This document shows, piece by piece, positions 25,386 through 37,056 of a stretch of 64,000 bases of DNA. The stretch comes from Leucoraja ocellata (lineage: Eukaryota): assembly GCA_036785375.1 (NCBI GenBank), contig JAWMAR010000399.1, forward strand, positions 806,001 to 870,000, read 5' to 3'. Position 1 is the first letter of the stretch. Each line of letters begins with the position of its first letter. A program made the position numbers and the translations under genes. The notes below the pieces were generated by a model. It searched no databases. It was not told the origin of the DNA and was given only the letters and a program-made list of their open reading frames with translations.

Positions 25386-26036
25386 GGGGGAGGAAAGGAT
25401 GAAGCGTGAGAGAGAGAGAGAGAATTGAGCACACTAGCCACTAGCATTTATCTACCTGAGTCACTGTTCTTGCTGGAGCTCAGCAGATCAGGCAGCAACT
25501 GTGGAGGGATATGGTCAGATTGAGTCTTGATCCAAAACATCGCCTGTCCACTAAGCCCCCACAGATGCTGCCTGACCTGCAGAGTTCTGGCTGTATCACT
25601 ATGACTGATAGCTTGAGGCAGCCTTGCAGGGCACGGCTCAGGGGGAAGGAAGGGACCCAGGTACATTAGAGCAGTGTACCATAGTCCAATATGACTACGA
25701 TACTCCAATATGATCTCTGCTGTAAAATCTGCAGAAAGCCCATTGTGATTAATTAAGATGTTATCAGTATTGTGCAGAGCTGGTGCAGGGAGACACTGAG
25801 TGGAAGATATGGCTTTAACCTTTACCCTGCACGGAAACATCTCTGGTGCTGGTTTTGCAAAGAGTCAAATATGGAATTCTCCTTTATAAGTTTCTCTTTC
25901 TCTGCTTTTGTCACCTCCCTCTCCCTGTCTGTTTCTCTGTTGCCCTTTGTCTCCTCTGCCTGTCCCTTGAACCGCCTCCCACCCTCCTTCCTTCTCCCTC
26001 AACCTCACTCCTGCGTCGATGTCCGCCACGCTCCAG

Positions 26037-26196
26037 GAATGGTTCACGGTCCACGAGCACTATCGTCGACTGCAGTGCTCGGTGTCAGAGCTGGTCGTGG
26101 GGAACGAGTACTTCTTCAGGGTTTACACTGAGAATCTGTGTGGCCTGAGTGAGGATGCCGGCATGTGCCCAAAGAGCGTGTACATCCAGAAGCCAG
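26037..26196 (+). CDS. MYBPC3: MYBPC3 exon (C9; ~human exon 31)
   Basis: ctccag|GAA..CCAG|gtaacc, 160 nt; EWFTVHEHYRRLQCSVSELVVGNEYFFRVYTENLCGLSEDAGMCPKSVYIQKP. Confidence 0.95.
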
Positions 26197-26639
26197 GTAA
26201 CCCACTGAGGCTCAACAAATGCATCCATCCCTCCACCAACAACACTTCCACTCAGTCATGGGCTCCATCACCTGGAGAACTCAGCACGGCTTGTAGTCAT
26301 AGAAACGGGCCTTCTAGTTTCCAAATGCCCTGCTCCCTTTATCCCCATCCCACTTAACTGCATTCATTTGGTTTAGTTTAGAGATACAGCGTGGAAACAG
26401 GATCTTCGGCCTACTGAGTCTGTGCCGAACACTATCCTACACACACTAGGGACAATTTACAATTTTACCAAGCCAATTAACCTACAAACCTGTTCAACTT
26501 TGGATTTTAGGGGGGGAGGGGAGATCCCGCAGAGAACCCAATCAGATCACAGTGAGAAGGTACAAAGTCTGTACTGACAGTATTCGTGGTCAGGATCAAA
26601 CCCAGGCCACTGCGCCACTGAACTGCCCCATTTAGTTCA

Positions 26640-28600
26640 TAGTCTTCCCTGCCTTAGTGATTTGTGCTTGTGCAGCTGATTCTTGGATGTCGTGAGTGTC
26701 TCTCCTTCCACCATCACCCCAGGCAGTGTGTTCCAGATTCCAACCACTGGGTAGAGAATCCCCCTTCGGATCCCGCCAAACCTCTTATCTCTTGGCTTAA
26801 ACGTATGTTTTCTTATCTTAAACACCTCATATATGGGGATAAAAATCTTAATATCGACCTGACTGATCCTCTTCCAAAGGTTATAGACATCTATCAGTTC
26901 ATGCCCAAGCCTCTTACACTACAGGGAAACTAAACCCAGCCTGTCTGATCCAAGCAACATGCTGGCGAATCTCCTTTGCACCCTCTGCAGGGCATTCACT
27001 TACTTCCTATAGTGTGATGAACAGACTACACATTGCTCCAGCTGTGGCCCAACCAGTGTTTTCTAAAGTTGTACCAAAGCTCCCTACTCATAAATTCTGT
27101 GAGCCAATGTTAATGAAGTCCAGCATGCCACAAGCCTTCTTTATTACCGGATCCATCTGCGCCAACAATTCTAGTGATATATGATATACTCCAAGGCCCT
27201 GCCGTTTATATTGTATGCCCTTTATCATTATTTTACCTTCCAAAATGCATCACATTGGACTTTTAGGAATAAATTCCTGTCAATGCTCTGCCCAAATTTT
27301 CATGCGATCTATATCCTGCTCTTGCCTTAGACAACCTTCCTCAATGTGTACAACTCCACCAATGTCCATGTCATCTACACATGTACTAATCTACTCCTGG
27401 ATTCACATCACAAGTTGCTAATATACACCACAAACAACAGGAATCCCAGTATCAATCCTTGTCGTACAGCACTGGCCATAGGATAGGCATCAGCTCACTT
27501 CACCACCCTCTGTGACCCATCATCAGGACAGATTTAGATACTATTTACTAGGCTCCAGGGGCTCTGACCATTTATGCCAGCCAAACAGGCGGGACCTTAC
27601 TAAAGGCCTTACTAAAGACCCTTTGCCCTCCTAATATTCGTTTTAAGTGTTCTCCTGAACCTCTGCACTCCTCGAGGGTGTCTCCTGTTTTCAGTTCTCT
27701 ATGTGTAGGAAGGAACTACAGATGCTTGTTTAAACCGAAGATAGACACAAAAAGCTGGAGTAACTCAGCGGGACAGGCAGCATCTCTGGAGAAAAGGAAT
27801 ACGTTTCGGGTCGAGACCCTTCTTCAGAGTTCTCTATACCCGTCATATGCTTCATTTTCTTTCTCCATCAAAACCTCTAAATCCTTTGTCACAGAGGGCT
27901 CCCCAGTCTCACCATCTGTGCCTTTCACCCTTAGGAGAACACATGGACCTTGAACCTACCACAACCTTTTAAAAAAATAACCACTTGTTGATGTTCGATA
28001 TACAACCCGCGGCTCCTAGTCTATTTTTGCTACGTCCTCCATGATGTAATTTGAAAGTTGCCTTCCCCCCCAGTTTAGGACCATATTTTCCAGACCATCT
28101 TTATCCCTTTCCACAACCACCTTGAAACTTAAAGAATTATGATACTATCGCCAAAATGGTCCCCACTGACATTTTCACCAATTGCCCATTCACATTTCCC
28201 CAAATTTGGTTCAATACAACCTTCTCTTCATGAGGACTATCTACAGATTGTCTCAAAAGATTCCCCTGATCGCCCCCTCCCAATGAAGCAATACTAAGGA
28301 GGTTAGAATCCTCCACCACTATAAACAGTTTACTCTTACACCTTGCAGTGATTACTCTATCTGCTCCTCGATCTCCCATTGACTATTTTCAGCTTGTAGT
28401 GTAACGTTTCTCTTTTCTTATTTCTAAGTTGTGCAGAAAAGCTTTCCAGGATATTCCCCCTGGATTCTACCATGTCATCCTCCCTAACCATCACTGTGAT
28501 GCCCCCCTCCTCTTTTACCCCCTCTTTATCTCCCTGAACCCTCTCTACCCCAAGACATTGAGCTACTTTTCCTTTCAACCATTTTTGTGATTTATATTGA
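26640..28600 (-). mobile_element. Old, degraded CR1 LINE (interrupted)
   Basis: Antisense remnants of CR1 RT and endonuclease motifs with many indels. Confidence 0.55.
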
Positions 28601-28700
28601 ATGCTCATGTGCAGATCAATGCTCCAAACTAATCAGATGTCTTGCATTCAAATGAATGCAGTTCAGCCGACCAGCCCTTATTCCATCCCAATCACAGAGC

Positions 28701-29219
28701 TGTTCAAGAAGGAACTGCAGATGCTGGAAGATCGAAGGTTACACAAAAATGCTGGAGAAACTCAGCGGGTGCAGCAGCATCTATGGAGCGAAGGAAATAG
28801 GTGACGTTTCGGGCCGAAACACTTCTTCAGACTGATGGGGGGTTGGGGGGAGAAGGAAGGAAAAAGGGAGGAGGAGGAGCCCGAGGGTGGGGGGCATGGC
28901 ACTCCATTGCCAGAGTAAGCAACACCGGAAATTGGAGGAACAGCACCTCATATTCCGCCTGGGCAGCTTGCGTCCGGGTGGCATGAACATTGAATTCTCC
29001 CAGTTTTGCTAGCCCTTGCTGTCTCCTCCCCTTCCTTAACCCTCGAGCTGTCTCCTCCCATCCCCCCACCCTCAGGCTCCTCCTCCTCCCTTTTTCCTTC
29101 CTTCTCCCCCCCACCCCCCATCAGTCTGAAGAAGGGTTTCGGCCCGAAACGTCACCTATTTCCTTCGCTCCATAGATGCTGCTGCACCCGCTGAGTTTCT
29201 CCAGCATTTTTGTGTACCT
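28701..29219 (+). mobile_element. Penelope-like 3' fragment with inverted terminal repeat and long TSD
   Basis: Starts tgttcaagaaggaactgcagatgctggaagatcgaagg as at 7151; flanked by ccaatcacagagctgtt (28688-28704 and 29220-29236). Confidence 0.85.
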
Positions 29220-29750
29220 CCAATCACAGAGCTGTTATGGTGTGTATATAATTTAAAAAATGCAGGTGCTGGAAGCCCGAAACAAAAACAGAAAATGCAA
29301 GAAATACGCAGCAGGTCAGGCAGGGTCTGTGGACAGAAGGCCAATGGAACGTATCTGGTCAATAGCCCTTCTTCAGATTGTACTGACATTGTACAGTTGG
29401 GACCAGAGTCAGTTCAGCGAGGTTAGAGGAAGGGCTGGATAAGGGACCTGAACCCAACAATCAGGTACAGTTCATCCCATCTTTATGTTACTGCCAATAT
29501 AAATTCCCATCTCAACAGTTATAATAGGGATCGCCGTGCAAATGTCACACTGTTTCTTCATGTCTCTGGTTGGAATGATGAAGATTGCCCCAGCAGTGAT
29601 ATGTAATATAGTGATCCAGTTTCCTGCTTCTCTCCTTGCCTTCCCTTATGCCTGGGTTTGGGTTTTGCAGGTTATTGAGCTGAGGTTTGGTGGGGGGGCA
29701 GAAATCTCAGTGAGACTCTAACTGCACCTCTTTCTTGCTCCCTTCTGCAG

Positions 29751-29887
29751 GAACTGAATACAAGCCACCCAGCTACAGGCAGCACGACTTCAACGAAGCG
29801 CCCAAGTTCACCCGCTCCCTGGTGAATCGCTCTGTGATCTGTGGGTACAATGCCACCCTGAGCTGTGCCCTGCGAGGGAGACCCAAG
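29751..29887 (+). CDS. MYBPC3: MYBPC3 exon (C9-C10 linker and C10 start; ~human exon 32)
   Basis: tgcag|GA..CCCAAG|gtactt, 137 nt; GTEYKPPSYRQHDFNEAPKFTRSLVNRSVICGYNATLSCALRGRPK. Confidence 0.95.
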
Positions 29888-29959
29888 GTACTTGGCCACC
29901 CGGGCACACAGTGCTACGCCCCTCCCCACCACAACACTGCAGTTAACATGGCCAGTGTA

Positions 29960-30445
29960 CCAAACTCTCTCTCTCACACTCGCACTTCCCATATGACCCT
30001 CTCGCTTTCTCTTTCTCTCCTTCCCTCTCTCCACCTCTTTCCCTTCCTCTCTTTTTCTCTCTCCCTCTCCTGTTTTCTCCCTCTCATTTTTCTTTCCTAT
30101 TTCCTACTTATTCATTTTTTCATTCTCCCTCCCTCTCTCATTTTCTCCCTCTCCTTCCCACTCGCTTTTTTCCCCCTTTCCTTTCTTTTCCCCTCCCTCT
30201 CACTCCTTTCCTCCTTCTTGCATGTTTTCCTGTCCCTCTCTCTCTTTCCATTACCCTCTCTATCTCTCCCTCTTTCTTGCTTTCTTCCTGTCCAGTCCTC
30301 TTGCTACTTTCCCTCTCTCTCTCTTCCTTTATCCCTCTCATCACGTTTCCCCATCGCCTCCCTCTCCATGTTGCATGCTTTCCCCTGCTCAGTCTCTCGG
30401 TTCCCCCTCATAGTCATTGCTCTCCTCTCTTGCCCTGTCTGCTGC
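29960..30445. repeat. Long CT-rich polypyrimidine tract filling most of the intron
   Basis: Almost purely C/T for about 480 nt. Confidence 0.9.
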
Positions 30446-30453
30446 GGCCCCAG

Positions 30454-30640
30454 CCCAAGGTGATGTGGTACAAGAACCAGATGGATCTGTCGACTGACGC
30501 CCGCTTCAGGATGTTCAGCAACCACGGGGTGCTGACACTGGAGATTCGGAAGCCCTGTGCCTTTGACGCTGGGACCTACAGCTGCCGAGCCGTCAACACC
30601 CTGGGTGAGGCCGAGAGTGAGTGCAAGCTGGAGGTCCGAG
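30454..30640 (+). CDS. MYBPC3: MYBPC3 exon (Ig C10; ~human exon 33)
   Basis: cccag|CCC..CGAG|gtaagg, 187 nt; [62 protein letters not shown]. Confidence 0.95.
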
Positions 30641-32565
30641 GTAAGGACACACTCACTGGCACAGCAGGGCTCCAGAGCAAGGTGCAGTCTGTCTGAAAGG
30701 GGAGAAAAGAACCGTATTCACACTCACAATGTCCCCCAGTGCTGCCCACTGTGTAACACGGTTATCAGGTCAATTACTTTGTGTACAGTCAGCTCACACT
30801 GTGAACTGCGCAGCCCTGCTGGGCACTGTTGGCTGAGCATCACAGAGTGGTCAGGGTACAGGGCAGGCCCCCTCGCACTGTATCAGTGGTGGGAGACCAC
30901 CTGCATCTGGAGGAGACAGTTCCTCAGCACTGACCCACTGACATGTGGTGTTCCCCCATTACTGCCCCTCCCACAGTGTGGCATACCCTTGTCATTGCCC
31001 CTCCCACAGGAGGGCATACCCTCGTCATTTCCCCCCTCACCCCTCTTACCATGCAGCACTCTCTCAGTACTGCCTGCCCCTCTGTCAGTGCAGCACGACC
31101 GCAATGTTGCAGAATGTGTCGGGCTGGGCCAGACTCAGGTGCCTGGTGGTTTGAACCCCAGATCGTTATCACAGTCAGTCATACAGGAAGTGGAGAGTAG
31201 TGACAATGTTATTGAATGGCAGTCAGCTGGAGAGGCTGAAGCCCCTTTATGTGAAGTCGCACGTGTGTGTCCACTTGATCCTGTACTGCCACCCAGTTCA
31301 ACGATTTATGAATCTGTCTCCCACCAGTCCCCATCTTCCTTGTTCTCCAAGGTTTTCAACATTTCCCAATCCTCTGAATTAAAATCATTCCTTTCTCAGC
31401 CTTAACAACACATTCAGTGACCACGTCCTTAGTTCGAACCAGAGAACACAGTTCTCAAAATTTACCGTCTTCGAATCGCAAATTGTTGAAAGTACTTCTC
31501 ATTGCTCTGAACTCCTTTCATTGCCGGCCCATCCTCCCCAATCCCTCCTCATCAGATAACCCGCTACTGCGACGATTCTATTGAAAGGACCTTCACCTCA
31601 TGCCTTCAAACTGGTACATTATGCCACCTACAAGGGCTTTTATTTTGTGTCATCTGTTCTGTTATAAATGGGTGAATTTCACAGTGGGGCAGCGGTTACA
31701 GCTGTTGCCTTTCAGTGTCAGAGACCCGGGTTTGATCCTAACCTCGGCTGCTTTCTGTTTGAAGTTTGGGATCGCTGTGGTCTAATTACGGAAATGTGTG
31801 GCTGTAGGATGCCCAAAGCTGACAACTTGAGGACATTAGGCATTGGGGGCAACGAGGAAACAAAGCGTTTTTATTTTGGTATGATAACCAAATGCTAGTC
31901 ATAATATTGGGCTCAATAGGAAATTAAAAGTGCAGGGGCTGATCGTAAATTATACAGATCTTTAATCTACATGCGGACTGGAAAGTCACATTATCAGTGA
32001 TAAGGTGGGGCATGAAGTGTGTAGGAAGAAAATGCAGATGCTGGTTTACACCGAAGACAGACACTAAATGCTGGAGTAACTCAGAAGAATAGGGAGCATC
32101 TCTGGATGGAAGGAATGCATGACGTTTCAGGTCGAGACCCTTCTATGAATTTTTCCAACGTCCGCAGACCAAAGAGTTGAGGAACCCAGTGGGGAAAAGG
32201 TGATTTCAGATCTTGCTTTGTGGAATGAGAAAGGGTTGATGGGCAGTGTAGGGAGGAGCAGTGATCATGACGTGATAGAAAGTTGCACTGAGTTTGAATA
32301 TATGATAGAGTACATGTGCGTACCAGGACAAGAAGCTGGGAAAGGAAGGGAAGATAAAAGGTGAGTAACTTGACAGTGTAAGAGCAAAGACTAGAGAAGG
32401 GAAATGTAGGCCCCTTGCAATGGAATTTATAATGGGGAATAAGGAAGAAATGTCTTCATGGAGGAAATAACAACAATAGTAAAAGAATCTGAATCTCTCT
32501 CTCGCTCCATTGTCCACACTTTGAATGCCAATCACTAACCAGTGCCCTGTTCTGTCTTCCCACAG

Positions 32566-32573
32566 GGATGTAG
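32566..32573 (+). CDS. MYBPC3: MYBPC3 stop-codon exon, coding part (G-M-stop); exon runs to 32598
   Basis: tctgtcttcccacag|GG ATG TAG, phase 1 compatible; strong donor GAG|gtaaga at 32598/9. Confidence 0.7.
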
Positions 32574-32822
32574 AATCCTCGTCGGTGCATTGCCAGAGGT
32601 AAGAGTCAGTGGAATGAGGGAACGTCTGGAGAGGGAGTGAGAGAGGGGTAAGGTAGGCCTGGGGAGTTTGAAAGGGGACAGTGAAGAAGCCAGATAATCA
32701 CCTTGAGTTCTCAGTAACAATTCAGGGGGAAGGCTGGAAGTTGTTGGCAAATGGAGATGCAATTGAAACGGACTGTAATTCCGGCCGCTAAGGCTGTCCA
32801 CTGATTCTGTTTCTGTTCGTAG

Positions 32823-33285
32823 CCGCAGAGTGGAGCGAGGTGGCGAGGTCCGAAGAGCTGAAGACCAGCGTCACACTGAGCCTTAGTCCGGGGCTCAGGC
32901 TGCCTGACCAGTGTTGAGTTGGTTCTTCTCACCTCTAGTTTAGTCACGGAGACTTTGTGGACATATGTGTGTTTTCTGTCATCCACTTCAACGTTCGACA
33001 CCCCGGAATGGTGATACTGGCCCAGCTCTGCTGCTTCTGATCACTTGTATCACATTTTATTCTGATGTGCACATGAACGTGTGTTTGTAATTGGTGGGAG
33101 GTGAGGGGAGAACATGTTCTTGCTGCGGAGACTGTAGTGACTGTAGCATGATTTGGCTGTGGGAGTAACACTGTGTCAGAGCAGCTCCCCTTTGTTCAGA
33201 GTTGTGTGTTACATTAGGAGTCCGATTGTGATGTACTGGACACCTCTGCACACAGAAATAAACCCTTCCACCACTTGATTTACTG
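32823..33285 (+). other. MYBPC3: Probable terminal 3'-UTR exon of MYBPC3
   Basis: ctgattctgtttctgttcgtag acceptor (alternative cag 6 nt downstream); repeat-free sequence ending at AATAAA. Confidence 0.6.
33257..33262 (+). promoter_or_regulatory. Polyadenylation signal (MYBPC3)
   Basis: AATAAA followed by T-rich downstream sequence. Confidence 0.65.
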
Positions 33286-33789
33286 AAAAGCACAGCTCAC
33301 TTTCTGTTACAACTTGGCGTTACTTTTCTATGACTCTCTTCAATCAAGGAATGTTTTAATTAGAAGCTTCTCTGAGTAGGCAGTCTACAAGACAGGTTGG
33401 GAGGGATATGGGCCAAACACAGGCAGGTGGGACTAGTGTAGCTGGGACATGTTGGCTGGTGTGGACCAAGTTGGGCTGAAGGGCCTGTTTCCATGCTGTA
33501 TCACTCTATGACTACTGGTAATCGACAAAGAAGGGAGGTTTGACAAAGGGAGCTTTTTCCCCATCAGTCCCCATGTAAGGCAGGCTTTTGTGCTCCTCCT
33601 CACCCACCCGCCCATCCCCCGCAACCCCCCCCCCCCACCCCCCCACAGTTGTAGCGGGTGAGGTATCAAGGGAGGAACAGGTTTGGCAATGATACTAATG
33701 GAGCACCAGCGACTATCCCCAGACTCGCTCACATCCTTCAGGGACCGTCAGCAACATCCTGTTGTCTGCAGAACCCTTTCATCTTTCTA

Positions 33790-34500
33790 TCTATATATTA
33801 CTAAAACTTTCATCTTGTTTGTTTGGATGTCTGCGTGTGAGTGAGACCCTGAAATTACGCCAAAATGGTACACGATAGCGCTACAATTTTTGCACCACCT
33901 TACTCACAATTGTCTTGCGGTGTGTTTTCATTCAGTTTCATGGGGGTGGAAGATTGCAACCTTCACGTGGTCCACCCTATTTCAACGAATGCAATCATCC
34001 CGGCTTGCACAATCAAATAAGATCAAATAGAACAAGTTGTCCTACAACTTTAGGATGTGCCCGCCATATGCAAGAAGAAGAAGATCCAGTTTAGTTCAGA
34101 TTGATGTTATATTTTATGTTATTCACATTTTTAACTACAAAATCTAGTTTGAGAAAGAATGACTTGAACACTGCACTGGCAGTTGCAGTGGCAGTTACAG
34201 CTATGACATCACAATGGGATCTCATTTCCTGTCCTTCACACCGAGTCCTGTCCTTCACACTGTCCTGTCCTTCACACTGAGTCCTGTCATTTGAAACATT
34301 GTAACGGGCAGGGGCAGGGCAAGGGAATTGGATTTTATTAAATTTTAAAAGAGGGAGGCTGAAGAGGAGGGGTGGGAGAGCTGGCGGATGATGGGAAATG
34401 AACTGCCAGCGCAGTTGGGGGCTATGGGTGAGTGGTGGAATATTGCGTTGGGGAACGGGACCAGGCCTCCCGTGTGATGGGTCTAGTATACTTGGTCTAG
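33790..34500 (+). mobile_element. Non-autonomous Helitron
   Basis: A|TCTATATATTACTAAAA..CTAG|T termini, GC-rich subterminal segment; carries a short insert ending (AAG)n at ~33940-34083. Confidence 0.6.
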
Positions 34501-35559
34501 TATATTTATGAAGGCTCCAAGCTCTGCGGATGAGTGTTTGACTAGGTCTCCACCACGTTAGATCCATGGGATTGGGTGGAGTGAGGAGCTACAGAGAATG
34601 AACTTGGTTTCAGTACTGGTTAACAATGAGGGTTAGAGTAGACTATATCTGGGATGGCAAAGTCAACTTGTGTCAGGGGATTAAGTTGAACATATTCACG
34701 GATCTGTGGATAATTTATGGTGTGTTGTCTCAGTCTATGTGCCTGTGATGCTGCTGTAAGAGAGGTTTTCATCGTACCAGTACCTCACTTGTGTATATAA
34801 CAATATACTCGACTTGCCTGTGTACATCAGAGGAGGAGCAATACAGGTGATTTGGAAAGGAGCCATTAGTTCCTGCTAGTTGGAGTGACTGCCAGCAGAA
34901 CGGCCAATTTGGCGTGGCCATCTTCCGGAGTTGTTCTTCTTGAGGTCCAGATTCCGTGAATGAGGGTGGGTGGTGGGGCTTTGACCTGAGAAGCTCCGTG
35001 GAGGTGTAAAGTAGCATAACGTCTTTTACAAAAAAACCAAACTGCTGTAGGAGCTCAGTGGGTCAGACAGCATCTGTGGGGGGCAACGGACATTGTTAGC
35101 CAGGACCCTTTAGATCGTTTAGATCATTATCGTAACATGTACCGAGGTACAGTGAAAAGCTTTTGTTTGTCTGCTATCCAGTCAAAGAAAAGACTATACT
35201 TGTTATAGACTTTTTTAGAGATACTTCCCAGAAACAGGCCCTTCAGCACATCGAGTCCACACCGACCAAGGATCACCCCATATACCAACACTATCCGACA
35301 CCTTGACATTAGGGACAATGTACAATTTCACCAAAGCCAAGTAACCTACAAACCTGTATGGCTTTGGGGTGTGGGAGGAAACCGGAGGACCCGAAGTACA
35401 CCCACGTGGTCACAGGGAGAACATACAAACTCCGTACAGACAACATCCATAGTCAGGATCGAACCCAGGTCTCTGGCACTGCAGGGCAGAATCTCTACCT
35501 CTATGCTGACCTTATACATGTGTACAATAAAGCTATCCACAGTTCACATTTACAGGTAC

Positions 35560-36010
35560 AACATTTAGTGCAAGGTTTAGTGTAGTCCAAATAGGTCTGG
35601 TTAAAGATAGTTCAAAGGTCTCTAATGAGGTAGATGGGAGGTCTGGACTACAATCTTGCTGATGAGAGGATCGTTCAGTTGTCGGATAACAGCTGTGAAG
35701 AAACTGTCCCTAATCTGGAGATGTGCATTTTCACACTTCTGTACCTCTTGCCTGATGGGAGAGGAGTGATCGAGGTGAAACTGGCCCTTGATTATGCTGG
35801 CGGCCTTGCCGAGGCAGTGTGAAGTGTAGATGGAGTTGATGGAAGGGAGGTTGGTTTGTGTGATGGGCTTGGCTTCATCCACAACTCTCTGCAATTTTTA
35901 ATAGTCTTGGATGGAGCTGTTCCCAAACCAGCCTGTGATACATCTCAATAGAATGCTTATTACAGCACATCTGTTGAAGCTGGTGAGGATTGCTGGGGAC
36001 ATGCTGAACA
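35560..36010 (-). mobile_element. Rex1/Babar-like LINE fragment
   Basis: LQRVVDEAKPITQTNLPSINSIYTSHCLGKAASIIK on the - strand. Confidence 0.7.
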
Positions 36011-36016
36011 TCCTCA

Positions 36017-36346
36017 TAGCCCTGTCCCACAGTACAAGTTCATTCCAAGAGCTCTCCCGAGTTTAAAAAAAATCATACTCGTGGTAAGCACAGAGAATGA
36101 ACGTAGCGGGTACGTCGGAGCTCGGGGACGTCTCTTAGCGGCTTGTAACGCTAATGGCAGGTACTCGGGAAGACTCACTAACGGCAGGTAAGCACGGGAA
36201 GAATCGTGAAGATTTTTCAACTTGGTGAAAAATGTTCCCGAGAGCCCCAAGTACCGACGAGTAACCAATACCGTAAATCTCCGAGTTCGAATCAGGACAA
36301 ACTCGGAAGAACTCTTGGAATGAACTCGTACCGTGGGACAGGGCTT
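36017..36346. mobile_element. PIF/Harbinger-type MITE
   Basis: agccctgtcccacagtac..gtaccgtgggacagggct; same body as 4298-4603. Confidence 0.85.
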
Positions 36347-36387
36347 TAAGTCTTCAAAGAAAGTAAAGGCATTGGTGTGCATTCTAA

Positions 36388-37056
36388 TGGGCCTGTCCCA
36401 GGCGAATTTTCAGCGGACTGCCGGCGACTGTCAAGAGTGGAACACACACAAACACACAGCTTCCTTCACCAGCCCGTTATGCAGGTGGGGGACAGGGCAA
36501 GCGGGGGGGAGCGCTGTCTAAAAAATACACACGGTGCAAAGCCAAGGTGAAACAGACATACACTGCGGTGAACAGGAGCTGTAAAAAGACGGCTAAAGCA
36601 CAGTGTACGGTAACCTTTTTAAAGGGGGGGGGAGAGAAGGGAGTAGGAGTGGAGACAACTTTTACGAAGCCAGAGATACACGGCTGTGAAGCTCGGCGGA
36701 CATTTAAGATTACCGGTTATCCTTGGTTCTGAAAACTACTGCTTACCTTTTTTTCCCCAATGAGCCAATGAAATTCACTGGTCAGCACTGGCTACAATCT
36801 ACGAGAACCTCAGAGAATCTTCGACCTCCTGGCAACCCACCTACGGCTCGAGAATTCACACTACTCTCCATGGCGGCTTCATTCTAGTTGCCGCTAATTT
36901 TTCAACATGTTAAAAAACTCACGGCGACCCATAATGAGGCCGCGACTAGTTCCCAAAATACGGGAACTCCTCACGACCATGAAGGCGACTCCCCGGCAAC
37001 CACCCGCGAACATGTGGCGACCATGTGGTGACTACAGTGCCTGTGGGACAGGCCCA
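36388..37056. mobile_element. PIF/Harbinger-type MITE (different internal sequence)
   Basis: TAA|tgggcctgtccca..tgggacaggccca|TTA. Confidence 0.75.

Noticed and set aside
29888-30453. Hydrophobic membrane-protein-like ORF extension (29735-30463)
   Set aside because: Read-through of an exon into a CT-rich intron.
1064-30640. Assignment as MYBPC1, MYBPC2 or MYBPH because the C5 insertion is missing
   Set aside because: [20 protein letters not shown] and DHCVF-type residues match the cardiac paralogue, and MYBPH lacks C3-C6.
30557-31405. 282-aa ORF overlapping the C10 exon
   Set aside because: Out of frame with MYBPC3, runs into intron, no recognisable domain.
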